In this document: positions 1 to 13,689 of the stretch, one piece after another | Numbering within the stretch: position 1 is the first letter of the stretch | How the letters are laid out: each line of letters opens with the position of its first letter | NCBI GenBank assembly: GCA_030141605.1 | Contig: JAQGDQ010000795.1 | Coordinates: 31,027-95,026 of the forward strand | Reading direction: 5' to 3' | Source of the DNA: Tubiluchus corallicola | Lineage: Eukaryota; Animalia; Priapulida | Length of the DNA stretch: 64,000 nt | Program-made: the position numbers and the translations under genes | The notes under the pieces: model-generated | Databases searched by the model: none | The model's input: only the letters and a program-made list of their open reading frames with translations | What the model was told of the DNA's origin: nothing

Positions 1-345
1 CAGCAGCAGGAGCAGCAGCAGAGGAGCAGCAGGAGGAGCAGCAGGAGCAGGAGCAGCAGCAGGAGCGGGAGCAGGAGCAGGAGCAGCAGCAGGAGCAGCA
101 GCAGGAGCAGCAGCAGGAGCAGCAGGAGCAGTATCAGCAGCAGGATCAGGAGCAGTATCAGCAGCAGGAGCAGTATCAGCAGCAGGAGCAGGAGCAGTAT
201 CAGCAGCAGGAGCAGGAGCAGTATCAGCAGCAGGAGCAGGAGCAGTAGCAGTAGTAATAGTAGTAGCAGGGGGTGTGTGGGGGAGAGTAGTAGTAGTAAG
301 CAGCAGCAGAGAGTAGTAGTAGTAGTAGTAGGGGGGTGGGGGGTA
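1..345. repeat. (CAG/GAG/TAG)n compound trinucleotide repeat, mirror of 32585-32930
   Basis: Direct reading. Confidence 0.95.
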
Positions 346-574
346 CACTGTTTAGATCTTGATTGATTTATTCATCCATTTAGCACAATACAAAAATAAA
401 AGTTATAAAATGACTAATTAACAGTGCATTACAGTGCAATGAGCTGTTCTTGGCAAATGCATCTGGTGCAAGCTAACCTATAAGCGCAACTAGAAATTTA
501 AAACTATGAAACATCAACTACAAACACACAATGCACTACGATAAAACTACAGGCAATCTTTACTCTCTTTCTCT

Positions 575-945
575 CATACATACATTTTCACGCTCGTGCT
601 CACACACATGCACACACGCACACACACACCCCATCTTATAGTCTAGCAATGCTTTCAAATGGTTTAGTGATCTTTTATATGCATACATTTTCACGCGCGT
701 GCTCACACACACGCACACATGCATGCGCACGCATGCACACATGCACACACACACACACACACACACACACCCCATCTTATAGTCTAGCAAAGTTTTCAAA
801 TATTTTAGTAATCTTTTATATGCATACATTTTCACGCTCGTGCTCACACACACGCACACACACATGCGCGCGTGCATGCACACACGCACACACCCCATCT
901 TATAGTCTAGCAAGGCTTTCAAATGGTTTAGTAATCTTTTATATG
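575..945. repeat. Three ~110-140 bp tandem units with CA microsatellite cores (mirror ~31965-32350)
   Basis: Recurrent atacattttcacgc..(ca)n..ccccatcttatagtctagcaa. Confidence 0.85.
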
Positions 946-1910
946 CATTTGTTTTTTTTGTGGATCATGGAGGATTTTAAAATCCGGAGTCACAACTCCG
1001 CTCACCTTTGCTGGTGCCACTGCCGTTAGGATTCAAACTTTGCACCTGTTCATATCACAAATGCTTGCTTTAAGCTCACGGGTCTAAGTTTCTATGTGCA
1101 AAATAGATAAATGTTAACCCACAAGCCACGTCGTATCAGATTTTTGCAACCCTATCAGTCTGGAAAGTTTGCATTACAAAGTTTTGCTAATGGTTGGCAT
1201 ATTTACCGATACTTGTTTGCTTCAATTCAAGTTCACTTATTACAGCAAACCAACAATAAATTATTTCACGTCCGGTTAAAACACACTTCCGCTGACAAAA
1301 CCACATGGAATTTACAGCTGATTTTTGCAGGGTTCCCCTTGGTAATAAAGTTATTAAATGTGTGAAGAAAAGAATGTGATGCTATAAATGCTTGAAGAAA
1401 AACCAGACTCAATCTTATACCATAGCTCACGAAATGGAGCAATTTTTCACATTTGACTTGCATGAAAGAATTATTACCACACAAACACAATTTCATGTTT
1501 GCGCCACTAGTTCTTTGCTGTTACATACATTTCACTATTCGCTAGATAGACGGTCACTAGCACTCGCATCTCGGAAATGTGGTGCACAAAAACAGGTGCT
1601 GTACCTCTCAGTTCAGACGTGTTCAGTTGTGATGTGGCACACACGTCTGAGAGCTCATGCGTGAGCACTGCAGATAGACTTAAAACTTGAATTTTTAAGC
1701 CTAAAATTTGCCAATTTTTTATATACCACACTGAATGGTTTACAGTAGCACTGCACTCCAATTTTTACTTTTTCTAAACATTTGTAAACATTGAAAATGC
1801 TAGTAGAATGTTGTGACGTCCACTGTGAGGTTTGTTGCCACACTAAATGCCTTTCATCACCACTTTAATTTAACATCCTCATCACCTCCTGCTTTTTCAC
1901 CGCTTCCCGA

Positions 1911-2420
1911 TAGGGATGAGAATGACAAATTGCAAAAAAACTCTGAAACAGGCCGGGGGTTTGGAGGCCGCGTAGCCCCATTGGGGTTCAAGGGGTCCAA
2001 GGCGAAACCCCCTTGAAGCCAGCAAAAAATTGCAATTTTGTGATCATAGAGAGCCTCTAAGTGGACTTAAAATATCAGTTACCTTGTTTCATGCATAATT
2101 TAAAATACGCAACTATCAAGGATGCATGATACCTAATTGTCTCAAAAACGCCTAAGTACTGGCCGCTCCTTTATGCAAAAGTATATAAAAACTGTCTGCA
2201 ATTGATTCAAATAACTCTGCACAATTGATTCTATAATTTTATTACATAGAGATCTACACGTAGTTACATTGATGTACGTGATGTAAACAAAGTGACGGCC
2301 TGCCAACTAGTGGTCAGCTTGTGAAATAATGTACTGGGTCCGTAAAAATTTTCTCAACAAATTTACACGATTTACAAAATTGTCCCTACTGGTCTTCCAA
2401 AAACTCGGAATTCCGCGATT
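1911..2420 (+). mobile_element. hAT-like MITE, 3'-degraded copy of the 8534-9057 family (mirror ~30490-31001)
   Basis: Starts tagggatgagaatgacaaattgc; colinear with 8534-9030. Confidence 0.75.
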
Positions 2421-2636
2421 TGCCATTATAGCTCCCAGCTTCATACAAAAAAATATTTTTTAACGATAGGGCACACATAGCAAGCCTAGCTAATTTGTTG
2501 CCAACATTTTTTGCAGATATATTGCGGACATTGGAATTTCACTCAATCCGTGGATTTTGCGGATGCGGATAAACGAGAAAGCGGAGTAGGGGGATTTGAT
2601 AAAAATTCCGTGCTGGAAATGGCCCATAATACAATA

Positions 2637-3211
2637 CAGTGGAACCTCGACTTATGAAAACCCTATTATACGAAGAATTCAGAATACGAATAAATTTCCG
2701 TCCCATTTAAAGGAAAAATATTCAAGATGCGAAAACGAAAATTGCAAGTGCCGCCCGACAGCCGTCCTCCCAGAATGCATTTCGTAGCATCACGTGAATG
2801 ATGCTACATCACAGCATCACCTTGCTCTCACACACCGTACCAAAAAGCTCCCGTCCATTGTCTTGTGTCTTCGTGCCGTGTATTTCTAGTAAATTTGTGT
2901 TAATTTGCATCCAGTAACCATGGGTCCGAAAAAAGCAAGTGGCAGTGATAGTGATAAGAAGAAAAAGATGATGTCGACGGAAACGAAGCATGAAATTATA
3001 GCTAAATATGAAAGTGGCATGCATTTAACTGCTATCTCAAGGAAGTATGAGCGTAACCCTTCATTAACGAACATATTCTTTTCGGGTGGGTACAATATTT
3101 ACACTTTATATGACTGTTTTCGGGGTGGGGGGTGTTGGAACAAATTACACCATTCACATATACGAAAGCCCCAACGAAATGAATTAATTTCGTATCTCGA
3201 GGTATTCACCG
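2637..3211 (+). mobile_element. Internally deleted Tigger/pogo transposon (mirror 29701-30275)
   Basis: TA|cagtggaacctcga ... tcgaggtattcaccg|TA; retains transposase N-terminus [33 protein letters not shown] (CENP-B-type HTH). Confidence 0.85.
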
Positions 3212-3331
3212 TACTTTACGATTAAATTGAAAGTTCATGCAACACGCAACAGCACATTTTGCAATTTTGTCGCAACTGAGCTTCGCCTCGCTGCTGCTAC
3301 AATCAGACCACTAAAATTAAAAACTACTCAC

Positions 3332-6300
3332 TATATTTAGAACAACCTCTCGTCAGTTGACATCTCAGGCCTTCTTGACTATGATAGTAGAAGTCTATCA
3401 GCTGGAAAAATACAATACACCTTGAGCACAGACATGTTATAAGTAAATGAAGAACCTACTCTGCTTAACCCTTTAACTACGGAAGGTGACACAGTCGGCT
3501 CGTGTGCGCACACGCACGTGTGTGTGTGTGTGTGTGTGTGTCTGCGTGTGCAAGTGTGCTCGCATTTGTGTCAATAACGAACAACTATTTGTTTATTTAC
3601 AAGATTCTGTTTTAGTAACACACCACAAGACATTATTGTCAAATATGCAAAAGTCAATGTGGCCGTGTTAAAAAGCAATTATGTAGTGAAAGAGTTAAAG
3701 CTTAAAAAATTTGCTCTAAAATTACTTATCACTTACATTTTCGACTTGATTTATTAAAATAAGTGCAAAAACCATTAATGTCGTGATATCTTATTGCATA
3801 CGGAGCTTACGTTAGCAGTATCTCTGTACAAAACTTGTAAATCTAAACTCCCACAATGACTATTAGATGCAATGCAGCACTAGCTAACAAAAAAATCACA
3901 AAAATACTACTTCTTAATAAATTAGCATCTTAGTAACAAACAAGTTGTGCACTTGTTAGTAATTAAGCACAGATTAAAAATGGTTACCAAGACAAGAGCC
4001 TCGCAGACCGAAGCCGAGTTTTCCAGCGAGAATCCGGCATCAGATTTTTCAATTTTGTAATGCCGGACGTCACTGCCATAAGCCATCGTCAAAACGAACG
4101 CGTCCTCGCGTTTCTGCCTCACCCTGAAAAGGGACGAAATCTTTTCTGTAGCACTTTCTGGAGAAATCATCTGCCGAAATGAAGAAAGTGTGACTCTAGG
4201 TTGATTTAAGACACCCTAACTGGTTTAAGAACAAGCAGTTTAACCTGACGAAAGTAGAGAACCAAAAGTACATCAATTCTTCCTGATACAGGAAGTACAG
4301 TAAAATACATACATTAAATCGTTTTGAAAACCGTACATACGTAAACGATAATATATATTCATCCGCAAATTTCTTTTACCCACATCCATTTTAATTTGTA
4401 TGTATATATTGTATATTTACTCACATCCATGTATATGTAGTATATAGTCTATTATAATTTTCGTGTAACATTATAATGTATATTTTGTTTTAAATTTTTG
4501 GCACAGTAGTTTTTAGTTTGCACATGACGCATTTGCCTTTAACAGTTGTGTGAATTTTATAATCATGTTGCGATGTTCTTTTATGTTTTATAGTTATGAA
4601 TATCAATTTTTTTATAGCAAATAAAGATTATTTTATATATGTATGTATATATAAATAGTAATACAGTAAATTATGTGTCTCTCAAAGTCAATTTATTCAA
4701 TTTTTTGCGTAACTCAAACAATTTCAGTGCAATGGATTGAAATCCTTCGTTTTTTCCATAAAAAAACCACGGCTTAACTACAAATCTTCCCTAACTCAAA
4801 TAAAAAATTATTACTGTAAACTATGGGTAACTGAAAATAGCATAGCTCAAATTTTCGCCTATCTGAAACAACGAAATCTATTGTTTTTCCCTCATAAAAC
4901 ATTGCTTCACTTTAAACATATAACTGAAACTTTCACCTAACTCAAATAAAAAGTTATGATCCATTTAATCAAAATACGTGTAATTCACTTCGCCTAACTA
5001 AAAAATGCAATTTAGAAAAACAAAAAGTTTCGTACAACTCAAAAACAGTATGGTCTTCCGGGAAAATTTTTACCCCCCAACACTACAAGTGTCATCAAAT
5101 CTCCTTGTTTATGCACAGAAGGGTTGACTTTCTGCCTTCTATTTAGCTCGCCATCTGGAGGAGGGGTTTAGAGTGTCTATGCTGGAAAATGGCCAATACT
5201 GCCTAACTCAAAATATCACCCCTAACCTAAAGTTTTTTTCAGTCCAGCTGGACTTGAATTATGCGGAGTTTACTGTAGTTACATCAGTAAATCAGGATAA
5301 AATATACTTCCCGTAAAAATATCCTCGTGCAAGTATATTTCGAAAGCGATTCAAATGCTGGTATTATTACTGAGGGAAACCAGATAATTGTGTAAACACG
5401 AGTTTAGAATAAGGAATGCCCTAAAATATTGAAAACTACAATAGCTCATTTTAAATCAAAGCTTAGATTAAATAATAATTACTTCGAATACTCAAATTTC
5501 GTTAAACTTTCAAAGCTACGCGCAGCTCAGTGAATCTAGTAAGATTGCGGCCTGCTGTGTGGGTGCTGGTGTAAAACGACACAAACACATGTAATTTTAA
5601 TGTTGTGATTGTGAGCGACAGCACTTTCTCTACCTAGCAGCAGGCGCTAGCAGCGCAGTGTACAGCGTATTAACTCAGGCATGTACACATTGGCTCATGC
5701 ATTTAACAACCAAACACACCACTGTGCTGGGCTGTGAAGCAAACAATACAACCCTCACGTGCTCTGGTGCCATGCAATTATAAAGAAAAAACTAAAGAAA
5801 AAAGACTATTGAATATTATGGATTTATTATTTGAATATCATAAATAATATTGAATGAAAATAGGGGGTGCTTCAGTTCCACCGTACCTATACAGGAGCCA
5901 CCACTGTATATCGTCATGACAACCAGCTGTAAACACTAATTTATCATCTCTGTACAGCTGTTCTGGAACAGTGATATGCGCGCAGGTAATAAATGGCATG
6001 TAGTAAGAAAGTCAATCATAAGAACAATGTATCAAATAAGGCATTAAAACCGAGACTCACAGAAAGAGACCATTTTCTAAACCGTCCTGGTGTAATCGTT
6101 CTTCAGCCTCCTCCCTGCCTATATCACCGTGAAACCATTCCATATGCTCATGAAAGTGACTGAGAATCGCCCTGATGTTATTTGAGTTGAACTAGAATGG
6201 CAAAACGTGCAAACTTGAGTCCAACGGGAAAACTTAATGCCGAACAATTATCCAAAAAGGGGGGTTAGAAAACCACAGAAATCATTTAGAAATTTCGTGA

Positions 6301-9300
6301 CCGTGAAACCACTACTGAACGGTAGGGGTGAGCATTCTCTACCAGAAAGTGAATTCGAATCGAACCGAATTTGTGACTTTCGAATTCGAATCGAACTGAA
6401 CTTCAGTGTTTCGAATTCGATGCGAATTCGAATTGAGACTGAAAGATTTTCGAACAAGTTTTCGAACCACCAGTAAAAATTAGTCTTACAAAGATCATGC
6501 ATATCACTCGATTTTGTTCTGCAATAAAACGACTAGTAATTTGTTTAAAATTGTGCACAGAAATCACAGCTAAATTATGCTAATTGCATGATGTTTCAAT
6601 CGTTTTAGTGATAAAGAACATGTGTGATTGAAGTGCTGAATTATTCGAATCTATAGTTTTGGATTCGAATCGAGTTCGAACTGAAAAACTCGTTCGAATC
6701 GAATTCGAGCGTTCGATGCTCACCCTTACTGAACGGTATTTACGAAATCACAGTGCCACTCGCACTGTCGCGTACAACAAAAGATGCCGTTTGGTAAAAA
6801 ACAACGGTTCCATTTATTGTTGAAAGCAATGTGTACCGATTGCTCTGCTTCATTACAAGCAGGTGATAGTTATTTGATCTTACTGCATTGAGATACATTA
6901 TTACATTCTGTCTTAGTACATTAAATCAAATTGCCAAGCTGGCACAGGGCCAAGTCGCAGTGTTGCATAATTATAGCCCCAACTTTCGGTACAATAATAA
7001 GCATTTTTGCAGTTTCATTGTGTGCACGTGCAGTTCCTGCAGGTCAAAGGCTAAGTGTATCATAGCAATGCGTCTTAACTACAACTGTGACGTGTGGGTA
7101 AAACAAAGACAACTGCTGCATCAGTTCAGTAACATCAGTTATTTTCTGTGGACATTACTTAATTATCCATTAGTCTGTACGTAGACTGATTTATTAGCAG
7201 GATCTTGCTTGGGAACAAGAAAAAATGAACTAGGTAAGGTTCTAGCTAACTGTTAAAACTGTTACTATTACAATAGCTTAGGCTGCGAGGCATTATCAAG
7301 TGTACACAAATGCATTGTCTGGTACACTTAACCTTTGACTTTCACGATTATCATCAATTGCTGGAACTGTGAAAAGGCTTAATATGCTTATTCATTTTCA
7401 CAATCTAAATTACAGTCAAAGCTCTTTATACCATGCCATTTGGACCACAAAAATTCGGCGTTAAGCGAATTTGGCATCACAACGAGTTGCATTAATACAT
7501 ACATGTCTATACAAATACAGTGAGTCCTCGCTTAACGATTCCCTGTTAAATGGCGTTTCGTTTTAATATTGCTGAACACTTGACACATTTTTCTCACTTG
7601 ACGATGCACGTTTCGTTTTAACGACGATTTTTTAACTGCTGTCTATATACAGTTTTCAAGAGACCGCAAGCAAGTCTAGCTAGTCATTGGTGGCTTCTAC
7701 TAAGAAAAATAGGTGCTTACAACCAAACAAAAAGAAATTAATCAGTAGAAATATGAATAAAACTCATAATATAAAATATGAATAGTAATTGACTTAAGCA
7801 GCATTGATTTTTGCCTCTGGAACGTATCTCACTTCTTTTACAAACTTTCTATGAAAGTCTTGGTTTCATTTAACGGCATTTCGCTTAACGTTGCATTTTG
7901 CCGGAACGCACGAGCATCGTTAAGCAAAGACATACTGTATAGATGTTTTGTTTTGCCAAAAATGTGGGCGCAAAATGAGCTTGGCATTGTTTGGTGTTAT
8001 AATGACGTTTGGCTGTAGTGTTTTTCAGGGTTAATTTTAAATGCAACACAGACGATGGTAGGGAAGTTGAAATTTGCAATGAGAGCTCCAAGGAGTGCAG
8101 TATTTAGATCATCAATTTCTTCGCCTTTATCCCAACAAGCGGGAGTCAACTGCACCGATTACTTGCGCTGCACCAGCCAGCAGTCTCTGAACCTAAACTC
8201 TAAATTTCCTGGTCAATCCACTGTGCTACGGTTTACTGTTATACTCATGTTCTGATTCATCACCTCTAAGCCCATCTTCTCAGCTACGTCCAAGATCATC
8301 TGGTCGGACACGGTCATGCTCATTCTGAACAGTCCCAACGGTTGTTCGCCCTCTTGTCTTTCGCACGGCATTCTTAGCGGTGTCACTAATCCTCCGTCGT
8401 CCATTCGAAGATGTTCCGTGAGCTCGACGGGACCCGGGTATGTTATTCCATTCTGTATTCCGAAATAACCATTTGCGTACTGCTTTATGTCATAGTGGTA
8501 GAACCTAGAAAATACAACGTGTGTTTATTAATGCAGGGATGAGAATGACAAATTGCAAAAAACTCTGAAACAGGTTGGAGGTTTGGGGGCCGCGTAGGCC
8601 CCCATGGCAGTTCAAGGGGGGCGAAGACCCCTTGGAACCAGCAACAAATTACAATTTTGTGACCATAGAGAGCCTCTAAGTAGACTTAAAATATCAATTA
8701 CCTTGTTTCATGCATAATTTAAAATACCCAACTATCAAGGATACATGATACCTAATTGTCTCAAAAATGAATAAGGACTGGCCGCTCCTATGCAAAAGTA
8801 TATAAAAACTGTCTGCAATTGACTCAAATAACTCCGCATAATTGATTCTATATTTTTATACATAGAGATATACACGTGGTTACACTGATGTACGTGATGT
8901 AAACAAAGTGACGGCCTGCCAACTAGCGGTCAGTTTGTGAAATAATGTACTGGTCCGTAAAAATTTTCTTAACAAATTTACGCGATTTTCAAAAATGGCA
9001 CTACTGGTCTTCCAAAAACTGGGAATTCTGCGTATCCGCGGAAAATTCTCATCCCTGTTAATGTTGTAACTGTTAGAAATAAATCCACTATCCGATGCAT
9101 AAGATCAGTTGCTAATAGTAACTTATAATAAAAAACATTTTAATTGGTAATATTTCAAAATAAATCCACACTACTTTACAGCAATTTTATGCGTATATCG
9201 TGCACAAGTTGAAATGATATTTTGTTTCAATTTTAAATTTCTCGCGATACTGTTCCGACGGCGCCATTACATGACGTCACCTATATACAACATAAATCAG

Positions 9301-9900
9301 GTGAAGAAAAGGAAATATTAAACTATGTCCCAAAAAACTTTCCATGCAAAATTATATTACTTAGCATTTTCCTTACCTGCTGGAAAGGCTTATGTAACTA
9401 GACTAATAATTTAAAATGTTTGTGCCAATTGGCAAAATGTCGCTGACTTACCCTCCAGGGTGCGTCACTCACTAGCCAAGAGAAGGTATCGTTAACGTTA
9501 TTGACAAGATACAGTAATTTAAAATTTTACTTAGTTAGTGACTTATCGTCAAAATGGCTGCACCTGATGGTTATCACGGAAGTTTAAATTTACATGTTTT
9601 ATACAGCGTTACTGCCAACGCAAGCCCTGCATGCAGAAAGGCAGTATGTAAGCGGCATAAATTTCAAGACGAATTTTTTAAGCTCTATGTAAGTGGAGGG
9701 TTTTCTCATTGTACTAACTGATGCCCATAGCACATGGAGAGAGCATAGTGTTCGTATTCCAAAAGCCTCTGACGAAGAAGAAACAGTCCGTCTACCGCCC
9801 GATTTTCTATCAGTATCTGTTCCGACTCGGCCCTGCTCCTCTTTCCAAAAAAATAAGTCTTCTCTTCCGGCGGGATGACTCTTCTTGGCGGAGGCTGCAT
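3332..9900 (-). CDS. SYK: Second, inverted SYK copy: tandem-SH2 exons (continuation, if any, lies outside the window)
   Basis: Mirror exons 9900-9719, 8504-8264, 6191-6061, 4123-3988, 3401-3332; splice sites and frame intact; one T/S difference (AYGSD vs AYGTD) and two synonymous differences. Confidence 0.85.
3469..3694. mobile_element. piggyBac-like MITE (mirror 29218-29443)
   Basis: TTAA|ccctttaactac ... gtagtgaaagag|TTAA. Confidence 0.65.
4664..5275. mobile_element. Tc1/pogo-type MITE (mirror 27637-28248)
   Basis: TA|cagtaaa ... tttactg|TA; internal repeated taactcaaa motifs. Confidence 0.7.
6323..6728. mobile_element. hAT MITE rich in TTCGAA (mirror 26184-26589)
   Basis: TIR taggggtgagcat/atgctcaccctta; perfect 8-bp TSD ctgaacgg at 6315-6322 and 6729-6736. 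Confidence 0.9.
7518..7937. mobile_element. Tigger-like MITE (mirror 24975-25394)
   Basis: TA|cagtgagtcctcgcttaacg ... cgttaagcaaagacatactg|TA. Confidence 0.75.
8534..9057. mobile_element. hAT-like MITE (mirror 23855-24378)
   Basis: TIR cagggatgagaat/attctcatccctg; flanked by ttaatg on both sides; further copies at 1911 and ~59740-59875. Confidence 0.85.
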
Positions 9901-10082
9901 GGCGGAAGTTGCTCTTCCTGTTAAAACGAGAAATAATTAGGAAACCTCCCACGTTTTTCCTGTAGTCGAACGTGTCAAGTTTTGTTGACTTCAATCATTT
10001 TAATTATAATTATAACATTATTATATTATTAAAGCCAATTATAACTATAACATTATTATATTATTAAAGCCAATTATAACTA

Positions 10083-10698
10083 CCGTATATACTCGCATAT
10101 AAGCCTACATCGCATATAAGCCGTCCCCCTAAAACTGCTTTAAAATGGCCAGTTTTTGCAAAAACCCGTATATAAGCCGACCATCAACTTGTCTAATTTT
10201 ACTCCATACCCAATCAACAAAATTGATCCCTTTTTGTCACATTTTGTTAATTGGGTATTTTTGGTTCATAGAAATTTTTTACTATAAAGATGTAAAATGA
10301 TTACTTTTATGTTACACACTAGAAGAAATAGAAGAAATTATACATTTTGATATGAATAAAGAAGAAAATATTTTGTTTTCTATTTATTCACAAAAAATTA
10401 TAACATTTCTGTTTATAATTTAACGTTCTTAAAAATAATTAGAAACCTTCAAAATCATTGTCACTACCACCCTCATCGTCTCTGTCTCAAACTTATAGAG
10501 TGTCTGATCCCCTCCAATACACCACTTGTGACACACAACCAAATAAAGTGTCAGATAGCGATGAAAATGTGTGGCTGGAAAATTGGCATTAGTGTCTGTC
10601 CTTGTGTTCGTTTTGTTTCATGCGCATATAAGCCGACCCCCTGATTTCAGTATTGTATTTTATAGTTCTAAATTCGGCTTATATGCGAGTATATACGG
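10083..10698. mobile_element. pogo-derived MITE (mirror 22214-22829)
   Basis: 23-bp perfect TIR ccgtatatactcgcatataagcc, TA TSD; minus strand retains an acidic transposase-like tail DDEGGSDNDFEGF*. Confidence 0.9.
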
Positions 10699-10921
10699 TA
10701 TAACATTATTATATTATTAAAGCTTTAATTCTTTAATTGAGGCATTTTATTAGTTTAATGATTGCAGTTGTTATATGTTTGTGTAGATGTTTTTTGTAAT
10801 TAGGCATATTTTAGTGTAATTTATGACCCAGCTGTCGTAGTATATGTATATATTTATTATTTATTTCTTGTGCCTAATAAATAATAAATAAATGGTATAA
10901 TCTAATGTTGCTAAAAATTAA

Positions 10922-11403
10922 TATAGTAAACCTCGGATATAAGAGACATCCGGGACCGCAAAAAACCGTCCCTTACAGTCGAAGTTGAGTCAGATCGAGG
11001 GTGTATCTAGACGTGTACTTTTCTGTACCTCTTCCCATATTTTTATGGATTATTGTTACAGATTCAGTGCAAACGGTAGGTAGGAAGCTCCTTCAGTGAT
11101 GCGAGATGTAGGTGACCGCGGAAACCGAGCTGTTTGAAGACGGAGTTTGCGAAAAATTGAGGTTAAAAATCGATTAAAATCGATCATAGGGTCTCTTATA
11201 TGCGAGATAATTTACCTGGGTTTCTATTACGTGGGACCTGAAGATATTGTCCCTTATAACTGAAAGTCCCTTATATCCGAGTACCTTATATACGTAGATT
11301 TTTACATATGAAAAATGTTACGAAAAATCGGGACCGGTGTTGGTGGTCCCTTATGAGCGAGTGTCCCGCATGATCGAGTACCTTATACCCACGGTTGACT
11401 GTA
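10922..11403. mobile_element. Tigger/pogo-type MITE (mirror 21509-21990)
   Basis: tatagtaaacctcggatataag ... cttatacccacggttgactgta; internal cccttata repeats. Confidence 0.7.
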
Positions 11404-11438
11404 GTCATTTTTTTACTCATTTGTACACATATGCATAC

Positions 11439-11826
11439 AAGGGTGTGAGCATCGAACGAGTTTTTTAATTCAAATTTGATTCGAAGCTAAAATCATAGAT
11501 TCGAATAATTCAGCACTTCGGCCACATACGTTCGTTAGCGTTAAAATGTTTGAAACATCGTGCAATTAGCACAATTTCGCTGCAGTTTCTGTGCAAATTT
11601 TTAATAAACCAATAATAGCTTTGCTGCAGAACAAAATCAAGTAATATGCACGATCTTTGTAAGATCACTTGTTACAAGAGATTCGAAAACTTGTTCGAAA
11701 ATCTTTCAAACTCAATTCGAATGCGGTTGAAATTTGAAATACCGAAATTCGGTTCAATTCGAATTCAAAGGTCACAAATTCGACTCGATTCGAATTCGCA
11801 TTCCGGTAGAGAATGGCCACCCTTAA
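11439..11826. mobile_element. TTCGAA-rich hAT MITE, second copy (mirror 21086-21473)
   Basis: Colinear inverted copy of 6323-6728; another partial copy at ~59880-60188. Confidence 0.85.
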
Positions 11827-12840
11827 TACTGACAGGCATAAGTAAGAGAAATTAATTTGGAAACAGTGCTACAGAACCACAGTACTTGCACGCAGTGAAA
11901 TGTTTCAGGCTGTTTTGCAAATCTAAATGTCCAGACTGTAAAGAATGGTATAGCACAAAACAATGGCCATTGGTCACTCTGACCACTGGAACATGTAACA
12001 GGTTACGCTACTTCCAGTCATCACTTTTGACTATTATTTATATATGTACTTTGTTTATCGTTATTTTTTATCCGGTGCTTATTGATTTTCACGAACTCAA
12101 AACTTTATACCACCTAGTCTGGAATACAAAAAGGATGTCGTTAAGCGAGCTGATTAACAAAATGCATTAATGTCATTTATGTCATTAATGTACACGAATA
12201 CAGACATTTTGTTTTGCTAAAACAGTCGGCGTTAATTAAACGAGATTGGCATTATGAGGGAGAGCGTTTTGACAAGGTGAGACTGTAGTGTTTCTTCCAA
12301 GGTTAATTACAATGGCAACAAGGATGCTCTTCTGACATGACCTGATGACTTCATATGGGTCATTCTCCACAGAACGTACAATTTTTGTCCCAGGATAATT
12401 TTTTTAAATAACACGTTTCTGGTGCAGTACTGTCTCATGACTGGTAGACACCAAAGAAAGAGACTTATTCCAGTTGTATTTGTTGCCAGAAAAGTGATTT
12501 AGACACTTCTACTGAAGCTGAAATCAGTTCCTGTGAAAGTTTTTCCTATGTGCCCATTTTCAACTTTTCCATTACATTAGATTTGGCAGAAACTATCCGT
12601 TTAAAAATTAATTTGCAGTATTTTATTCTAAACAGCACACTAGAAGTGAAAATCTTCTTCCCAAATACTTTCAGAACTAGCAAATATTCGTGTTGCTTAA
12701 TTTCATGTGTCCCCGTGTTCATGTGTCATTCCTGTTACTTTGGTGGAAAAGCTGAGGCATGTGTCACTGATTGACTCAATTGTTTTAAATATTTGTTAGC
12801 AGAGAGTATATATAATAGTATATATGCTATTACACATTTA

Positions 12841-13689
12841 CAGGGTTGCCTGATGTCCCTTATATATGGGACATGTCCCATATGTGATAATTTTGTCCCC
12901 TGTTCCACACTGATATTTCAGGGATACCCATATGTCCCACATTTAGTTCATTTTCGAATTTTCTAATGAAAACATATTTTTACTACCTTTTTACGGTTCT
13001 TAGTTGTAACTTGGACAGAACAAAATCATTTTAATTTAAATTTATATTGCGTTGTCATCATACTTTTTTTAAATTTTGCATAGGCGCTGCCACCTTCAGG
13101 TGTTCTTGTTAAAATTTTTAAAGCTTTCTCTTTACTGTTTAAATTTTCATTGGCTTCTACAGTCTTAAGGAATGCATAATCTCTAAACCTGTTTTCACAT
13201 CTAACTGATTCCACCTGTAGTTTTGGTCACTTGTTTTTCTGCTTTTCATCATGACACTACTTCGCTGATTATGTAGGCATTTCAGAATAAAATCTTAAAA
13301 CTAAATTTCATTTTTTTTTTAGTTTCTTCAAACCATAACTTTATAAGTAATTACACGTTTTTCTCAGATTCTCTTGTTGAAAATAACACAATGCAAAGAG
13401 GAAACTAGAATTACTAGATGTTTACACAAAACTGACATGTTTGCTGCCAGTTTGCAACTTGGTCAGTTGCTATGGTTACCGTTTCGCTCTCCAGGCCAAA
13501 TAAATTTTTAGTTTTATTTTCCGTATTGTTTGTATTAAATTATAACTTTCAAAATTGTCCCTTACATTTTTATAATATTATAGTCTCTATTAAATAAGAA
13601 TTTTGCAATGATTTCACAAACTCAGAATTTCTTATATAATATGTATGAATAGTAGCGTGTGTCGTATTTCTAATTTTCTGACAACCCTA
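12841..13689. mobile_element. hAT-like non-autonomous element (mirror 19223-20071)
   Basis: Termini cagggttgcc ... tgacaaccct; subterminal tgtccc/gggaca repeats; no clear TSD. Confidence 0.55.
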
